From positions 1 through 64,000 of IMG/VR virus record IMGVR_UViG_3300046092_000062: DNA of 64,000 nt. One strand, 5' to 3'. This document shows, piece after piece, positions 1 through 9,352 of this stretch. The position numbers were made by a program, and so were the translations under genes. The first letter of the stretch is position 1; each line of letters begins with the position of its first letter. A model generated the notes under the pieces. That model saw only the letters and a list, made by a program, of their open reading frames with translations, was not told the origin of the DNA and ran no database searches.

Positions 1-2
1 GC

Positions 3-797
3 GACGAGTTCGGTGGTGACGACTTAGGTGGTGACGACATGGGCGGCGAAGGCGATGTTGACGGCAAGTTCCAAGACATTAAATCTGCAATCGACGAATT
101 GCAAGCTGAATTTGACAAGCTAATGGGCGGCGAAGGCGACGGCACTAGCGGCACTGGCTCTGATGAGTTTGGTGGTGACGAAGGCGGCGATGACGAATTT
201 GGCGGCGAGCCAGAAGTTGGCGCAGAGCCAGAAGAAGAAGACATGTACGAAGCAAAAAGCGGTTCTGGTAACCCATTTGCTAAAAAAGGTTCTGGCGCAA
301 GCGGATCCGGTAAGTCTGGTAGCGGCGTAAGCGGCTCTGGTAAGTCTGGTTCTGGTAACCCATTTGCTAAAAAGGGTTCCGGCTCTGGTAAAGTAATGTC
401 AGAAACTGAAATGATGCGTGAATACGTAGAAAAGATTTCTGCTCCTTCTAACACAGAATTTACTCCAGTAGGTACTGGCACTGGTGGCGACAAAGCTGCT
501 GGTCTAACTAAAGGTATCGTTGCTGGTAAGAACGACATGGGCGGTACAACTGCTAACATCGCTAAAGGCGGTAGCGAAGCTGCTCCTGATGGACAATCTC
601 CAAAAGGCAAAGCAAGTGGTTTCGTTAAGCCAGCACAAGAAATTGATGTTGCAAAACGTAACGTAAACAAAGTTGGTGGCAACAAAGGCGCACAAGACTT
701 TTACGGCACCAAAGCAAAAGCTAAAACTGGCGAAGGCCAAACTACCGACGGTTCTGTTCCTGTAAGCAAGAACAGCATCGAAGGTGGTAAGAAGTAA
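3..797 (+). CDS. Acidic/Gly-rich prohead core (internal head) protein, 5'-truncated by the window edge
   Basis: Frame open from base 3; D/E/G-rich N-part, SGSGK/GSGNPFAKKG repeats; lies directly upstream of gp21-gp22-gp23. Confidence 0.55.
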   Translation, partial: DEFGGDDLGGDDMGGEGDVDGKFQDIKSAIDELQAEFDKLMGGEGDGTSGTGSDEFGGDEGGDDEFGGEPEVGAEPEEEDMYEAKSGSGNPFAKKGSGASGSGKSGSGVSGSGKSGSGNPFAKKGSGSGKVMSETEMMREYVEKISAPSNTEFTPVGTGTGGDKAAGLTKGIVAGKNDMGGTTANIAKGGSEAAPDGQSPKGKASGFVKPAQEIDVAKRNVNKVGGNKGAQDFYGTKAKAKTGEGQTTDGSVPVSKNSIEGGKK

Positions 798-810
798 TTA
801 GGGCAATAAT

Positions 811-1449
811 ATGGCTTTGTACCTAAAAGAGAACTTAACTTTTGACCGAGCAGGTCTACAGATTATTTCTGAAGACTCTGCTGACGGGAAGGGTAAGAAT
901 CTCTATATGAAAGGGATATTCATCGAGGGAGGCGTGAAGAACGCTAACCAACGTGTTTATCCCGTTCATGAAATCGGAAAAGCTGTGGAAACCATCAATG
1001 AACAAATCAAAGGTGGTTATTCAGTCCTGGGCGAAGTGGATCATCCAGACGACCTAAAGATCAACTTGGACCGTGTGTCCCACATGATTGAACAAATGTG
1101 GATGGACGGACCATGCGGCTACGGAAAACTAAAAGTCTTGCCAACTCCAATGGGTAAACTTGTGGAAGCAATGATTACCAGCGGTGTTAAGCTAGGTGTT
1201 AGTTCTCGTGGTAGCGGAAACGTAAACGAAAGCAGTGGTCATGTTAGTGATTTTGAAATCATTACTGTGGACATTGTTGCTCAACCGAGTGCTCCTCACG
1301 CTTATCCTAAAGCAATTTATGAAGGTTTGATGAACATGCGTGGCGGCAATCGAATTTTTGAGATGGCGAAAGATGCTACTCAAGATCAAAAAGTGCAAAA
1401 GCACCTGAGAGAAGCTATGACAAGCTTCATCAAAGACCTTAAGATATAA
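811..1449 (+). CDS. gp21: Prohead core scaffold protease (T4 gp21-like)
   Basis: KNANQRVYP, GEVDHP, LGVSSRGSG and DIVAQPSAP motifs of T4-type prohead proteases; synteny. Confidence 0.93.
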   Translation: MALYLKENLTFDRAGLQIISEDSADGKGKNLYMKGIFIEGGVKNANQRVYPVHEIGKAVETINEQIKGGYSVLGEVDHPDDLKINLDRVSHMIEQMWMDGPCGYGKLKVLPTPMGKLVEAMITSGVKLGVSSRGSGNVNESSGHVSDFEIITVDIVAQPSAPHAYPKAIYEGLMNMRGGNRIFEMAKDATQDQKVQKHLREAMTSFIKDLKI

Positions 1450-1463
1450 CAGGAGAAAACCTA

Positions 1464-2570
1464 ATGTTAGATGCTATCAAACCATTGCTAGACAGCGGCA
1501 TTATCAACGAAAGCACTCAAACGGCTATTAACGAAGCATGGGAAGCACGTCTTTCCGAAGCTAAGGAAACAGTACGTGCAGAGCTTCGCGAAGAATTTGC
1601 GCAACGCTATCAGCATGACAAACAAGTCATGGTAGAGGCTCTAGACAAAATGGTAACAGAAAGTCTTACTGCTGAATTAGCTGAATTCCAAGAAGAAAAG
1701 CAAGCCCTTGCTGAAGACCGTGTGAAATTTAAACGTCACATGAGCGAAAGCGCAGGCAAGTTTAACTCTTTCATGGTAAGCAAGCTAAGTGAAGAAATTC
1801 AAGAATTACGTAGTGACCGCAAGGTTTACGAAAACTCTATCGGTAAGTTAGAAAACTTTGTGATCAAGGCGTTAGCCGAAGAACTAAAAGAATTCGAACA
1901 AGACAAGCAAGCAGTCGTTGAAACTAAAGTCCGCTTAATTGCTGGTGCTAAAGAGAAGATGGCAGAGCTACAACAGCAATTTATTGCACGTAGTTCTACA
2001 CTTGTTAAAGAAGCTGTTGCTAAGAATTTAGAGTCAGAGTTGACTCAACTAAAAGAAGACATCCAAATTGCTCGTGAGAACATGTTCGGTCGTCGACTAT
2101 TTGAAGCTTTCGCTAGCGAATTCAGCGTTACTCACTTAAATGAGAACAAAGAAATTCAAAAGCTACAAGCTGCATTGACACAGTCTAAGCAAGAAATTGC
2201 TGAGTCTCGTCGTGCTGCTGAAGAAGCTGCAATGATCGTTGAATCAAAAGAAAAAGAGATTCGTGTAATCAAAGAAAGTTCAGAACGTAGCCAGTTAATG
2301 GCAAACTTGATGAAACCTTTGAGTCGAGAGAAGGCCGCAGTTATGAGCGAACTTCTAGAGAGTGTGCAAACTGCTAAGTTGCAGGGCGCATATGAAAAGT
2401 ATCTTCCAGCGGTACTAAATAACAAAGCAACTGTTGCTACACCTGCTCCACAAAAGCAAGTAATGACAGAAAGCCGAGTTGAAGTTACTGGAGATAAGGC
2501 TGCTAAGAATGCTGCGGACCGAGTTGACACAAATGTGATCGACTTGAAGCGTTTAGCAGGGCTAAAATAA
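1464..2570 (+). CDS. gp22: Prohead core scaffolding protein (gp22-like)
   Basis: Long E/K-rich coiled coil between gp21 and gp23; AGGAGA SD. Confidence 0.8.
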   Translation: MLDAIKPLLDSGIINESTQTAINEAWEARLSEAKETVRAELREEFAQRYQHDKQVMVEALDKMVTESLTAELAEFQEEKQALAEDRVKFKRHMSESAGKFNSFMVSKLSEEIQELRSDRKVYENSIGKLENFVIKALAEELKEFEQDKQAVVETKVRLIAGAKEKMAELQQQFIARSSTLVKEAVAKNLESELTQLKEDIQIARENMFGRRLFEAFASEFSVTHLNENKEIQKLQAALTQSKQEIAESRRAAEEAAMIVESKEKEIRVIKESSERSQLMANLMKPLSREKAAVMSELLESVQTAKLQGAYEKYLPAVLNNKATVATPAPQKQVMTESRVEVTGDKAAKNAADRVDTNVIDLKRLAGLK

Positions 2571-2597
2571 TAAACCCTAATTAGGAGAAATGAAATT

Positions 2598-3773
2598 ATG
2601 ACAACCGCATTACTAGAGAGCCGTTGGGGCGAAACAAAAGACGCCCTACTAGAAGGCTTACAAGGTTCGAAGAGAACTACAATGGGCGTGATCTTAGAGA
2701 ACACCCGTAAACAATTGAGCGAATCTGCAACAGCAGGTGGCACATCTGCAGGTAGCGTGGCTACACTTAACCGTGTAATCTTGCCAGTTATCCGTCGCGT
2801 TATGCCTACAGTTATCGCTAACGAAATCGTTGGTGTTCAGCCAATGACAGGCCCAGTTGCTCAGATTCATACACTACGTGTACGTTATGCTGATGGTACA
2901 ACAGGTCCAGACAGCAGCCAAAACACTGGCGCTGGTGACGAAGCATTGAGCCCATTCAAGATTGCTACTCAGTACTCAGGTACAGGTACAACTGGTAAGG
3001 CTGCAAGCACAGCTACTTTGGAAGGCGTACCTGGTAACCGTATCAACGTACAAATCTTGAAGCAAGTTGTTGAAGCTAAGACACGTAAATTGTCTGCACG
3101 TTGGACATTTGAAGCTGCTCAAGACGCACAAGCTATGCACGGTTTGGACGTTGAAGCAGAAGTTATGGCTGCTTTGGCACAAGAAATCACAGTTGAAATC
3201 GACCAAGAGATCCTAGGTTCTCTACGTTCGTTGGCAGCTACTGAATTCACATTCAACCAAGCTACTGTATCTGGTACAGCTACATTCGTTGGTGACGAGC
3301 ACGCCGCATTGGCAGTATTGATCAACCGCGCAAGCAACTTGATCGCTCAACGCACACGTCGTGGTGCTGGTAACTGGGCAGTTGTGTCTAGTGCTGCTTT
3401 GACAGTATTGCAATCTGCTACAACTAGCGCATTTGCACGTACTACAGAAGGTACATTCGAAGCTCCTACAAACACTAAGTTTGTTGGTACATTGAACGGT
3501 GCTATGAAGATTTATGTTGACGGCTATGCCCAAGACGGACAATCTGTATTGGTTGGTTACAAAGGTTCGAGCGAAGCTGATGCAGCAGCGTTCTATTGCC
3601 CATACGTACCATTGATGAGCTCTGGTGTTGTTCTAGACCCAAGCACATTCGAACCAGTAGTTGGCTTCATGACCCGTTACGGTTATGTTGAGTTGACAAA
3701 CACAGCTAGCTCTTTGGGCAACGCTGGTGACTACTTGGCAGAAATCGCTGTAAGCAACTTGAGCTTCCAGTAA
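2598..3773 (+). CDS. gp23: Major capsid protein (gp23-like)
   Basis: LPVIRRVMP..IANEIVGVQPMTGP, KTRKLSARWTFEAAQD, EIDQEIL, FYCPYVPL, GFMTRYG motifs. Confidence 0.97.
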   Translation: MTTALLESRWGETKDALLEGLQGSKRTTMGVILENTRKQLSESATAGGTSAGSVATLNRVILPVIRRVMPTVIANEIVGVQPMTGPVAQIHTLRVRYADGTTGPDSSQNTGAGDEALSPFKIATQYSGTGTTGKAASTATLEGVPGNRINVQILKQVVEAKTRKLSARWTFEAAQDAQAMHGLDVEAEVMAALAQEITVEIDQEILGSLRSLAATEFTFNQATVSGTATFVGDEHAALAVLINRASNLIAQRTRRGAGNWAVVSSAALTVLQSATTSAFARTTEGTFEAPTNTKFVGTLNGAMKIYVDGYAQDGQSVLVGYKGSSEADAAAFYCPYVPLMSSGVVLDPSTFEPVVGFMTRYGYVELTNTASSLGNAGDYLAEIAVSNLSFQ

Positions 3774-3810
3774 TATCTACCCACAGCACCGCAAGGTGCT
3801 GTCCCCTAAG

Positions 3811-3834
3811 AAGCCCCTTAATTGGGGCTTTTTT
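3811..3834 (+). terminator. Intrinsic terminator after major capsid gene
   Basis: AAGCCCC-TTAATT-GGGGCTT + TTTT; extra hairpin ACAGCACC-GCAA-GGTGCTGT just upstream. Confidence 0.85.
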
Positions 3835-3855
3835 ACGACTACACCACTTTATCAG

Positions 3856-3861
3856 TAAATA
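3856..3861 (+). promoter_or_regulatory. T4-type late promoter core TAAATA (recurs before many late genes)
   Basis: TAAATA also at 24506, 39514, 43859, 51579, 60929 and on the minus strand at 32920-32925 and 62229-62234; matches the core of the gp55 TATAAATA box. Confidence 0.75.
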
Positions 3862-3865
3862 CTAT

Positions 3866-4735
3866 ATGAAACAGATTTTTCGATATTCCCCGCTAGACGC
3901 CTTGTTGTTATTGAACTTAATACTTGTTGGATCTATTCCATATATGGTAGCATACTTTGACCCTCCTGTATGGTCTTGGTTTTTGATTAGCGTATTCCAT
4001 ATTTGGTTTATTGTTAACGTGCAAAATACATGTTTACATCATCATGCTCATTGCAGCGTTTTTGTTTCAACGACTGCCAATAGAATATATGAATTATTTG
4101 TAAGTGCAGTAGCCGGATTACCGCTTCAATTATGGCGCTACGGGCACTTGCTACACCACAAGCACATAAATGATAAGCCAGTTAATGGTAAAACAAAAGA
4201 TCCAGTTTCTGTTTTTAAATATAGCAAAACGGATGAGCCTACTAATTTTTGGGTCTACTGCTGGAAATCTGCACTCTACGGTGACGCCAAGTGGTCTTGG
4301 GTATCAGTGATTCCTGACATTCTAAAAGTTAAAGAGTTGTATACTCGATTTAAAAGAGAACAATGGGCAGTTAGAATTTACTTGCTAAGTATATTTTTAA
4401 TAAATCCTGTGTACGGTTTATTTTTAATTCCAGTATACTTTTTAGCCTACTTTGTTAATAATGCAAATAGCTACGGGGAACACTGGGGAGTACTAGATCG
4501 CAGAGGCGATACTACACAGGACTCTATTGGCATTTATAGCACATGGTATAATATCTTTGGATTCGGTGCAGGGTACCATCAAGAACACCATCATAGACCG
4601 GGCGTTCATTGGACGCAAATGCACACGGTGACGTCGTCACTACACCCCGACAGAAAAATAGTTAAAGGGATACACATCCTAAACAATCCATTTTGGAGTC
4701 ACTTTAAGCTACTGTTTAAGAAAAACGCTAAATAG
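3866..4735 (+). CDS. Membrane fatty-acid desaturase/hydroxylase family protein
   Basis: Three His boxes (LHHHAH, HLLHHKH, HQEHHH) and hydrophobic TM segments. Confidence 0.8.
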   Translation: MKQIFRYSPLDALLLLNLILVGSIPYMVAYFDPPVWSWFLISVFHIWFIVNVQNTCLHHHAHCSVFVSTTANRIYELFVSAVAGLPLQLWRYGHLLHHKHINDKPVNGKTKDPVSVFKYSKTDEPTNFWVYCWKSALYGDAKWSWVSVIPDILKVKELYTRFKREQWAVRIYLLSIFLINPVYGLFLIPVYFLAYFVNNANSYGEHWGVLDRRGDTTQDSIGIYSTWYNIFGFGAGYHQEHHHRPGVHWTQMHTVTSSLHPDRKIVKGIHILNNPFWSHFKLLFKKNAK

Positions 4736-4819
4736 TATGTTCGCTCTTAATTGAGAGTTTATGCAGTTACCCAACTGCGTAGGCCTAGAACGCTATTCAC
4801 ATTTTTAAGGAGAAACAAA

Positions 4820-5770
4820 ATGGGACGTCCTTTAGCAAAAAGATTTTTCGGTAACCGTAACATCGGTACCAACGGTGGTTATACAGCAGACGATGGCATC
4901 GGCGGTGAAGGTGTAGCAAGCGCAGCAGTTAGCGGCGGTGCATACACAACTCGTCCAGTATTCACATTTACTGCACCATCATTACCGGCTGGCGTGACTG
5001 CTACTGCTACAGTAACATCAAAAGCAAAAACAGGTGCAGTAACTACAGCCGGTACAGGTTATGTAGTTGGTGATTTGTTAACTTTAACATCCACAGGCGG
5101 CTCTGCTATTGCTTATGTTGCAACAGTTGACACAGGCGGCGAGATTTTATCCGTTAACTTCAGTGGTACCGGCGCAAGCGTTGGTAGCTTTGAAGCATTG
5201 CCTGGTGCAAAATTTCCTTCTACCCCAACTGGTGGCCGTAGCTGCACAAGCAACAGCGTAGCAGGTACAGGTGCAGAAATTACTGTTACATTTGAAGCCC
5301 TATCAACGGTTATCACTAACAGCGGTTCTGGTTATACAGCAGCCCCAACAGCGGCAACTGGCCCAACACAGTCAGTTACACTAGGCGTAGTAACATTGAC
5401 AACAGACAGCGGCGATGTTGGTTCAGTAACTAACCAAGAAAATGCTATTATCGCTTACGCTTATGTAACTGGTAACAGCTTGGTTGCTGACATTAACGCA
5501 CAAAAAGGTAGCAACCGCTATCGCGTTACCACTAGCGAAGGTACAGAAGTATGTAAGCTAGTTGCAGCTACTCCAGCAGCGGTGGGCGAAATGTCTATTA
5601 CTGCTACAGACAGCAGCGGCAAGACTTACTATGTAACTAAGCTAACTAGCCACAACGCATTGTTAACACAATACGGCACAGCTGGGCACGAATTTACTGA
5701 CGGTACTATGGTTCGTTGGACATTTGATGCTCCTACATTGAACACTACTGTTCAAATTGCTAACGCTTAA
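4820..5770 (+). CDS. Virion structural protein (G/T/A-rich, fibre or decoration)
   Basis: Start MGRPLAKRFFG after AAGGAG; ITNSGSGYTAAPT-type repeats seen in phage structural proteins. Confidence 0.55.
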   Translation: MGRPLAKRFFGNRNIGTNGGYTADDGIGGEGVASAAVSGGAYTTRPVFTFTAPSLPAGVTATATVTSKAKTGAVTTAGTGYVVGDLLTLTSTGGSAIAYVATVDTGGEILSVNFSGTGASVGSFEALPGAKFPSTPTGGRSCTSNSVAGTGAEITVTFEALSTVITNSGSGYTAAPTAATGPTQSVTLGVVTLTTDSGDVGSVTNQENAIIAYAYVTGNSLVADINAQKGSNRYRVTTSEGTEVCKLVAATPAAVGEMSITATDSSGKTYYVTKLTSHNALLTQYGTAGHEFTDGTMVRWTFDAPTLNTTVQIANA

Positions 5771-5784
5771 TTGCAAGCAAACTA

Positions 5785-5813
5785 AAAATAGCACCTTCGG
5801 GTGCTATTTTTTT
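5785..5813 (+). terminator. Intrinsic terminator with UUCG tetraloop
   Basis: AAAATAGCACC-TTCG-GGTGCTATTTT + T run. Confidence 0.9.
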
Positions 5814-5864
5814 GGCCCTAAGTAATATTTTGTTAGCATAAATATCTAATAACGGAATTTATAA

Positions 5865-6482
5865 ATGTCTCAAACTACAAGATTTAACGGTATATGGACA
5901 ATTACTGGTACAGAAGCAACTAGTAACGTTCAAATAAACAACCATACTTTAATTGTCAACGGCAACTTAAAGGTGTTAGGTACGGTAGCAAACATTTCGT
6001 CAACTAACACTCAAGTTGTTGACAACATTATCACTTTGAACCAAGGCGAAACAGGTGCTGGCGTAACAGCAGTTTACTCGGGTATTGAAGTAGATCGTGG
6101 CATATCTCCTAAGGTTGCACTCCGTTGGAACGAAGGTACTCTTATTTGGGAACTAACTAAAAACGGAGCTACATACGAGCCAATTTACTCAGGCGCGCCT
6201 GGTATTGCTAGTTTAGGCGATGACCCAAACCCACAACTAGGCGCAAACCTAGATGTATTAAGCAGAAGTATTTTTAGTTCAAACACTGAAATTATTAAAC
6301 ACGACACTAACGTTGCGATTCAAAATACAACGATAGCACCGAGCGCACACACTGGATACAATGTTATCTATAGCCAGATTCCGGACAGCGGACGCACTGG
6401 TATATTTGTAACAAACGACTCGGTGCAACAACAAGAATTAATCTCTAAGAACAAAGCACTATTTTACTCTTTGATGATGTAA
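5865..6482 (+). CDS. Virion structural protein (tail/baseplate associated)
   Basis: DNIITLNQGE...GIEVDRG...WNE fibre-type module; PQLGANLDV motif. Confidence 0.55.
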   Translation: MSQTTRFNGIWTITGTEATSNVQINNHTLIVNGNLKVLGTVANISSTNTQVVDNIITLNQGETGAGVTAVYSGIEVDRGISPKVALRWNEGTLIWELTKNGATYEPIYSGAPGIASLGDDPNPQLGANLDVLSRSIFSSNTEIIKHDTNVAIQNTTIAPSAHTGYNVIYSQIPDSGRTGIFVTNDSVQQQELISKNKALFYSLMM

Positions 6483-6492
6483 GGAAAAGAAA

Positions 6493-6795
6493 ATGATTAC
6501 AAGCGTACAACTAACAACTACCGCAGCAAATATTATCTACGGTACAAGCACACAATCAAAGGGTATTACAGCGATGTATCTTTGCAATACCGATGGGACA
6601 TCAGCAACGGCTAACGTGTTCCTAGTACCAGCTGGTGGTACTGTAGCAGATTGCAGAATCTACAGCAATCTAAGCATTGCAGCATCTGATACACACATTT
6701 CAGATTTGGAGCGCATTGTCTTAGATGCAGGCGACAGTATCTGGGCAAACGCAAGTGGTAACATTGTAATGACCATTAGCTCAATGGGAGCTTAA
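6493..6795 (+). CDS. Small virion structural protein
   Basis: 100 aa, SD AAGGA, in structural operon. Confidence 0.5.
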   Translation: MITSVQLTTTAANIIYGTSTQSKGITAMYLCNTDGTSATANVFLVPAGGTVADCRIYSNLSIAASDTHISDLERIVLDAGDSIWANASGNIVMTISSMGA

Positions 6796-6797
6796 TA

Positions 6798-7226
6798 ATG
6801 GCCCGCTTCTTAAAGAACACACAACTTAAAGGTGGCAGCTACGCTATTCAATTACCTCTTGGTACAAGTAGCTTAGGCCCCGACTTTCCAGTTAACGGAC
6901 AGATTCGTTACAATCAAACAAATAGTAAAATTGAATTCTTTTACAACAGTGCATGGAACCAAGTTGCTAAAATTGGTACAGTGGCATTAGTGGTAGATGA
7001 ATTCACTGGCGATAATGCCACAGTAGATTTTACTATGAGCCAAAGCGAAAGCAGCGCAAGTAACATTCTAGTAACAGTTAGCGGAGTATACCAAGCGCCG
7101 GTAAACAACTACACCGTGTCTGGAACACAGTTGACATTTACAAGCCCTCCTCCTGCAATTGATGCAAGTGGTAACCCAAACAAAATCATTGTTGTACATA
7201 ACATCAATAGCACAAACGCAGCTTAA
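6798..7226 (+). CDS. Virion structural protein
   Basis: GQIRYN..IEFF module and 'VSGVYQ.P..NYTVSGTQLTFTSPP' module shared with downstream fibres. Confidence 0.55.
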   Translation: MARFLKNTQLKGGSYAIQLPLGTSSLGPDFPVNGQIRYNQTNSKIEFFYNSAWNQVAKIGTVALVVDEFTGDNATVDFTMSQSESSASNILVTVSGVYQAPVNNYTVSGTQLTFTSPPPAIDASGNPNKIIVVHNINSTNAA

Positions 7227-7237
7227 CGGAGAACTAG

Positions 7238-9271
7238 ATGGCAATCGGTAGAATATCAGGTTCAATGCTAGTGTCCAATTTGGACAGACAAGGCACGGAT
7301 CTACAGTTCACAACAAATAGTCAGCCATTATTCTACATGAACTTTAGTCAGTTCCGGACTGGCATTAACACAAACGTAGCGACCCAAACACTAACAATTA
7401 ACGGTAACCTAAGTACAAGTGGTATTCTAATTGATGGTAATACTATTTCTGCCTTAAACGGCGGAGCTGTTACATTTGCCGGTAACGCAAACTTAGGCCC
7501 AATCGGTAATGTTAAAATTACTGGTGGTACAAACGGGTACTTGATCTTTACAGACGGCGCAGGTAATTTGTCATTCGGCGATCCTAGTGTAGTAGTTGGA
7601 GAAACCATCAATGCAAACGTTATTTCATTAGGATCCAATGCAACAGGCTCTTTTAACAGCGCATTAACATTTACCAATACTACTAAAGTCACTGATGCAA
7701 TCGCAAGCCTAAACCAATTAGTTGGTACAGTCACTGATGCAACAGGTTCGGTGATTCATGTTGCTGGTAACATAACAGCGGGTAATGTAAATAGTAATTT
7801 CTACGGCAACGTAGTGGGCAATACTACTGGAATTCACACCGGTGACGTTAGCGGCAACATTACAGGCACAACAGCTTCGTTTACGAACGTATCTGGCACG
7901 TTATTAACAGCAAACCAACCCAACATTACCTCAGTTGGAACTCTTGTAGCTCTTAGTGTTACAGGTAACGTAGCAGCAGGCAATGTTTCGGCAGCTACCC
8001 TTAATGGTAGTCTTAGCGGAGTGGTACTTACACCTGCACAGCCAAATATTACCAGTGTTGGCTCCTTGACAAGTTTGGTAGTAACAGGAAACGTTCAAGC
8101 CGGTAATGTGTCTGCCACTCAATTCAATGGTGACACATTTGGCATTCATACTGGTAATGCAAGTGGAACAAGTGCTAGTTTTACTAGTATTGCAGGTACG
8201 TTAACTACTGCCGCACAAACTAACATTACCACAGTCGGTACTCTAATCAGTTTAGCAGTTACTGGAAACGTTAGTGCAGCAAATGTTAACGCAACAATGC
8301 ACGGAAACATTGTTGGGGCGTCGGCTTTGTTTAGCAGCAACGTAACATCCACTGGATTTATTGCAGTTGGTACCGGAGCCGATAATCGTGACGCAGGAGC
8401 TATTGGATTTGTAAACGACAGTTTTGGATTCACAACACAAAACAACGATGCGGTAGTGATTTTAAACGAGCAAGGTGTAACAGAACAAGTATTGTTCTTA
8501 GGCGACACAGGATTGGGTAACAGTGGAACACTATTAGGTGTAGCAGTTGGTAGTACTCCGGTTCTGAATTTAACAGGCGCCGGAGATCTAACAGTTACTG
8601 GAAACGTAAATGCAGGAACGTTTAACGGTGTCCATCACGGCAATGTTAGCTCAAACAACATCACGGGTATTAACGGCAATTTAACAATCACAGTTCCTGC
8701 AAACCAGGTAGCAATCTTTGCTTCAACTACTGCATTACAAATTCCATCAGGTGACGATGCTGCACGACCAGCTGGTGTTGCAGGATATACTCGCTATAAT
8801 ACTTCTAGCTCTGTCTTAGAGTATTACGATGGCGCAACTTGGGTTCCTGTAACTAACAAAGTTACAAGTCAGACGTTTAGCGGTAACGGAGTTGATGACA
8901 CGTTTGCACTAACTCGTGCAACCACGTTAGCCGGGGTGTTAGTGAGCATCAACGGTACATTGCAACAGCCGACAGTAGCATACACCATTGGACTAACTGG
9001 TGATACTATTACCTTTGCTGAAATTCCATTATCAACTGATGTAATTGAAATTCGTTTCTTGGGCGGCGTAACTAGTGTCAGCGGAACAGTTACTGGTGAC
9101 CTAAGCGTTCAAGGTAATGTTACATTAAGTGGAATATTAAAAGCTCCGCAAACAACTAAAGCATCAAACGCAATCGGAACACCTGGGCAAATTTGCTGGG
9201 ATGCCAACTACTTATATATCTGCACTGCAACAAATACGTGGAAACGCACGTTGCTATCTGGCGGATACTAA
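7238..9271 (+). CDS. Tail fibre / baseplate structural protein
   Basis: T/G/N-rich, repeated QPNITSVGTL..L.VTGNV units, RYNT..LEYYDG module. Confidence 0.7.
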   Translation: MAIGRISGSMLVSNLDRQGTDLQFTTNSQPLFYMNFSQFRTGINTNVATQTLTINGNLSTSGILIDGNTISALNGGAVTFAGNANLGPIGNVKITGGTNGYLIFTDGAGNLSFGDPSVVVGETINANVISLGSNATGSFNSALTFTNTTKVTDAIASLNQLVGTVTDATGSVIHVAGNITAGNVNSNFYGNVVGNTTGIHTGDVSGNITGTTASFTNVSGTLLTANQPNITSVGTLVALSVTGNVAAGNVSAATLNGSLSGVVLTPAQPNITSVGSLTSLVVTGNVQAGNVSATQFNGDTFGIHTGNASGTSASFTSIAGTLTTAAQTNITTVGTLISLAVTGNVSAANVNATMHGNIVGASALFSSNVTSTGFIAVGTGADNRDAGAIGFVNDSFGFTTQNNDAVVILNEQGVTEQVLFLGDTGLGNSGTLLGVAVGSTPVLNLTGAGDLTVTGNVNAGTFNGVHHGNVSSNNITGINGNLTITVPANQVAIFASTTALQIPSGDDAARPAGVAGYTRYNTSSSVLEYYDGATWVPVTNKVTSQTFSGNGVDDTFALTRATTLAGVLVSINGTLQQPTVAYTIGLTGDTITFAEIPLSTDVIEIRFLGGVTSVSGTVTGDLSVQGNVTLSGILKAPQTTKASNAIGTPGQICWDANYLYICTATNTWKRTLLSGGY

Positions 9272-9352
9272 TCTAAACCTACTTAATTCATTCTTTGCCG
9301 TAATTGGCAAGGAATGTCTTTTGGCTAAATATGTTATATTGGAGCGTTTGGC

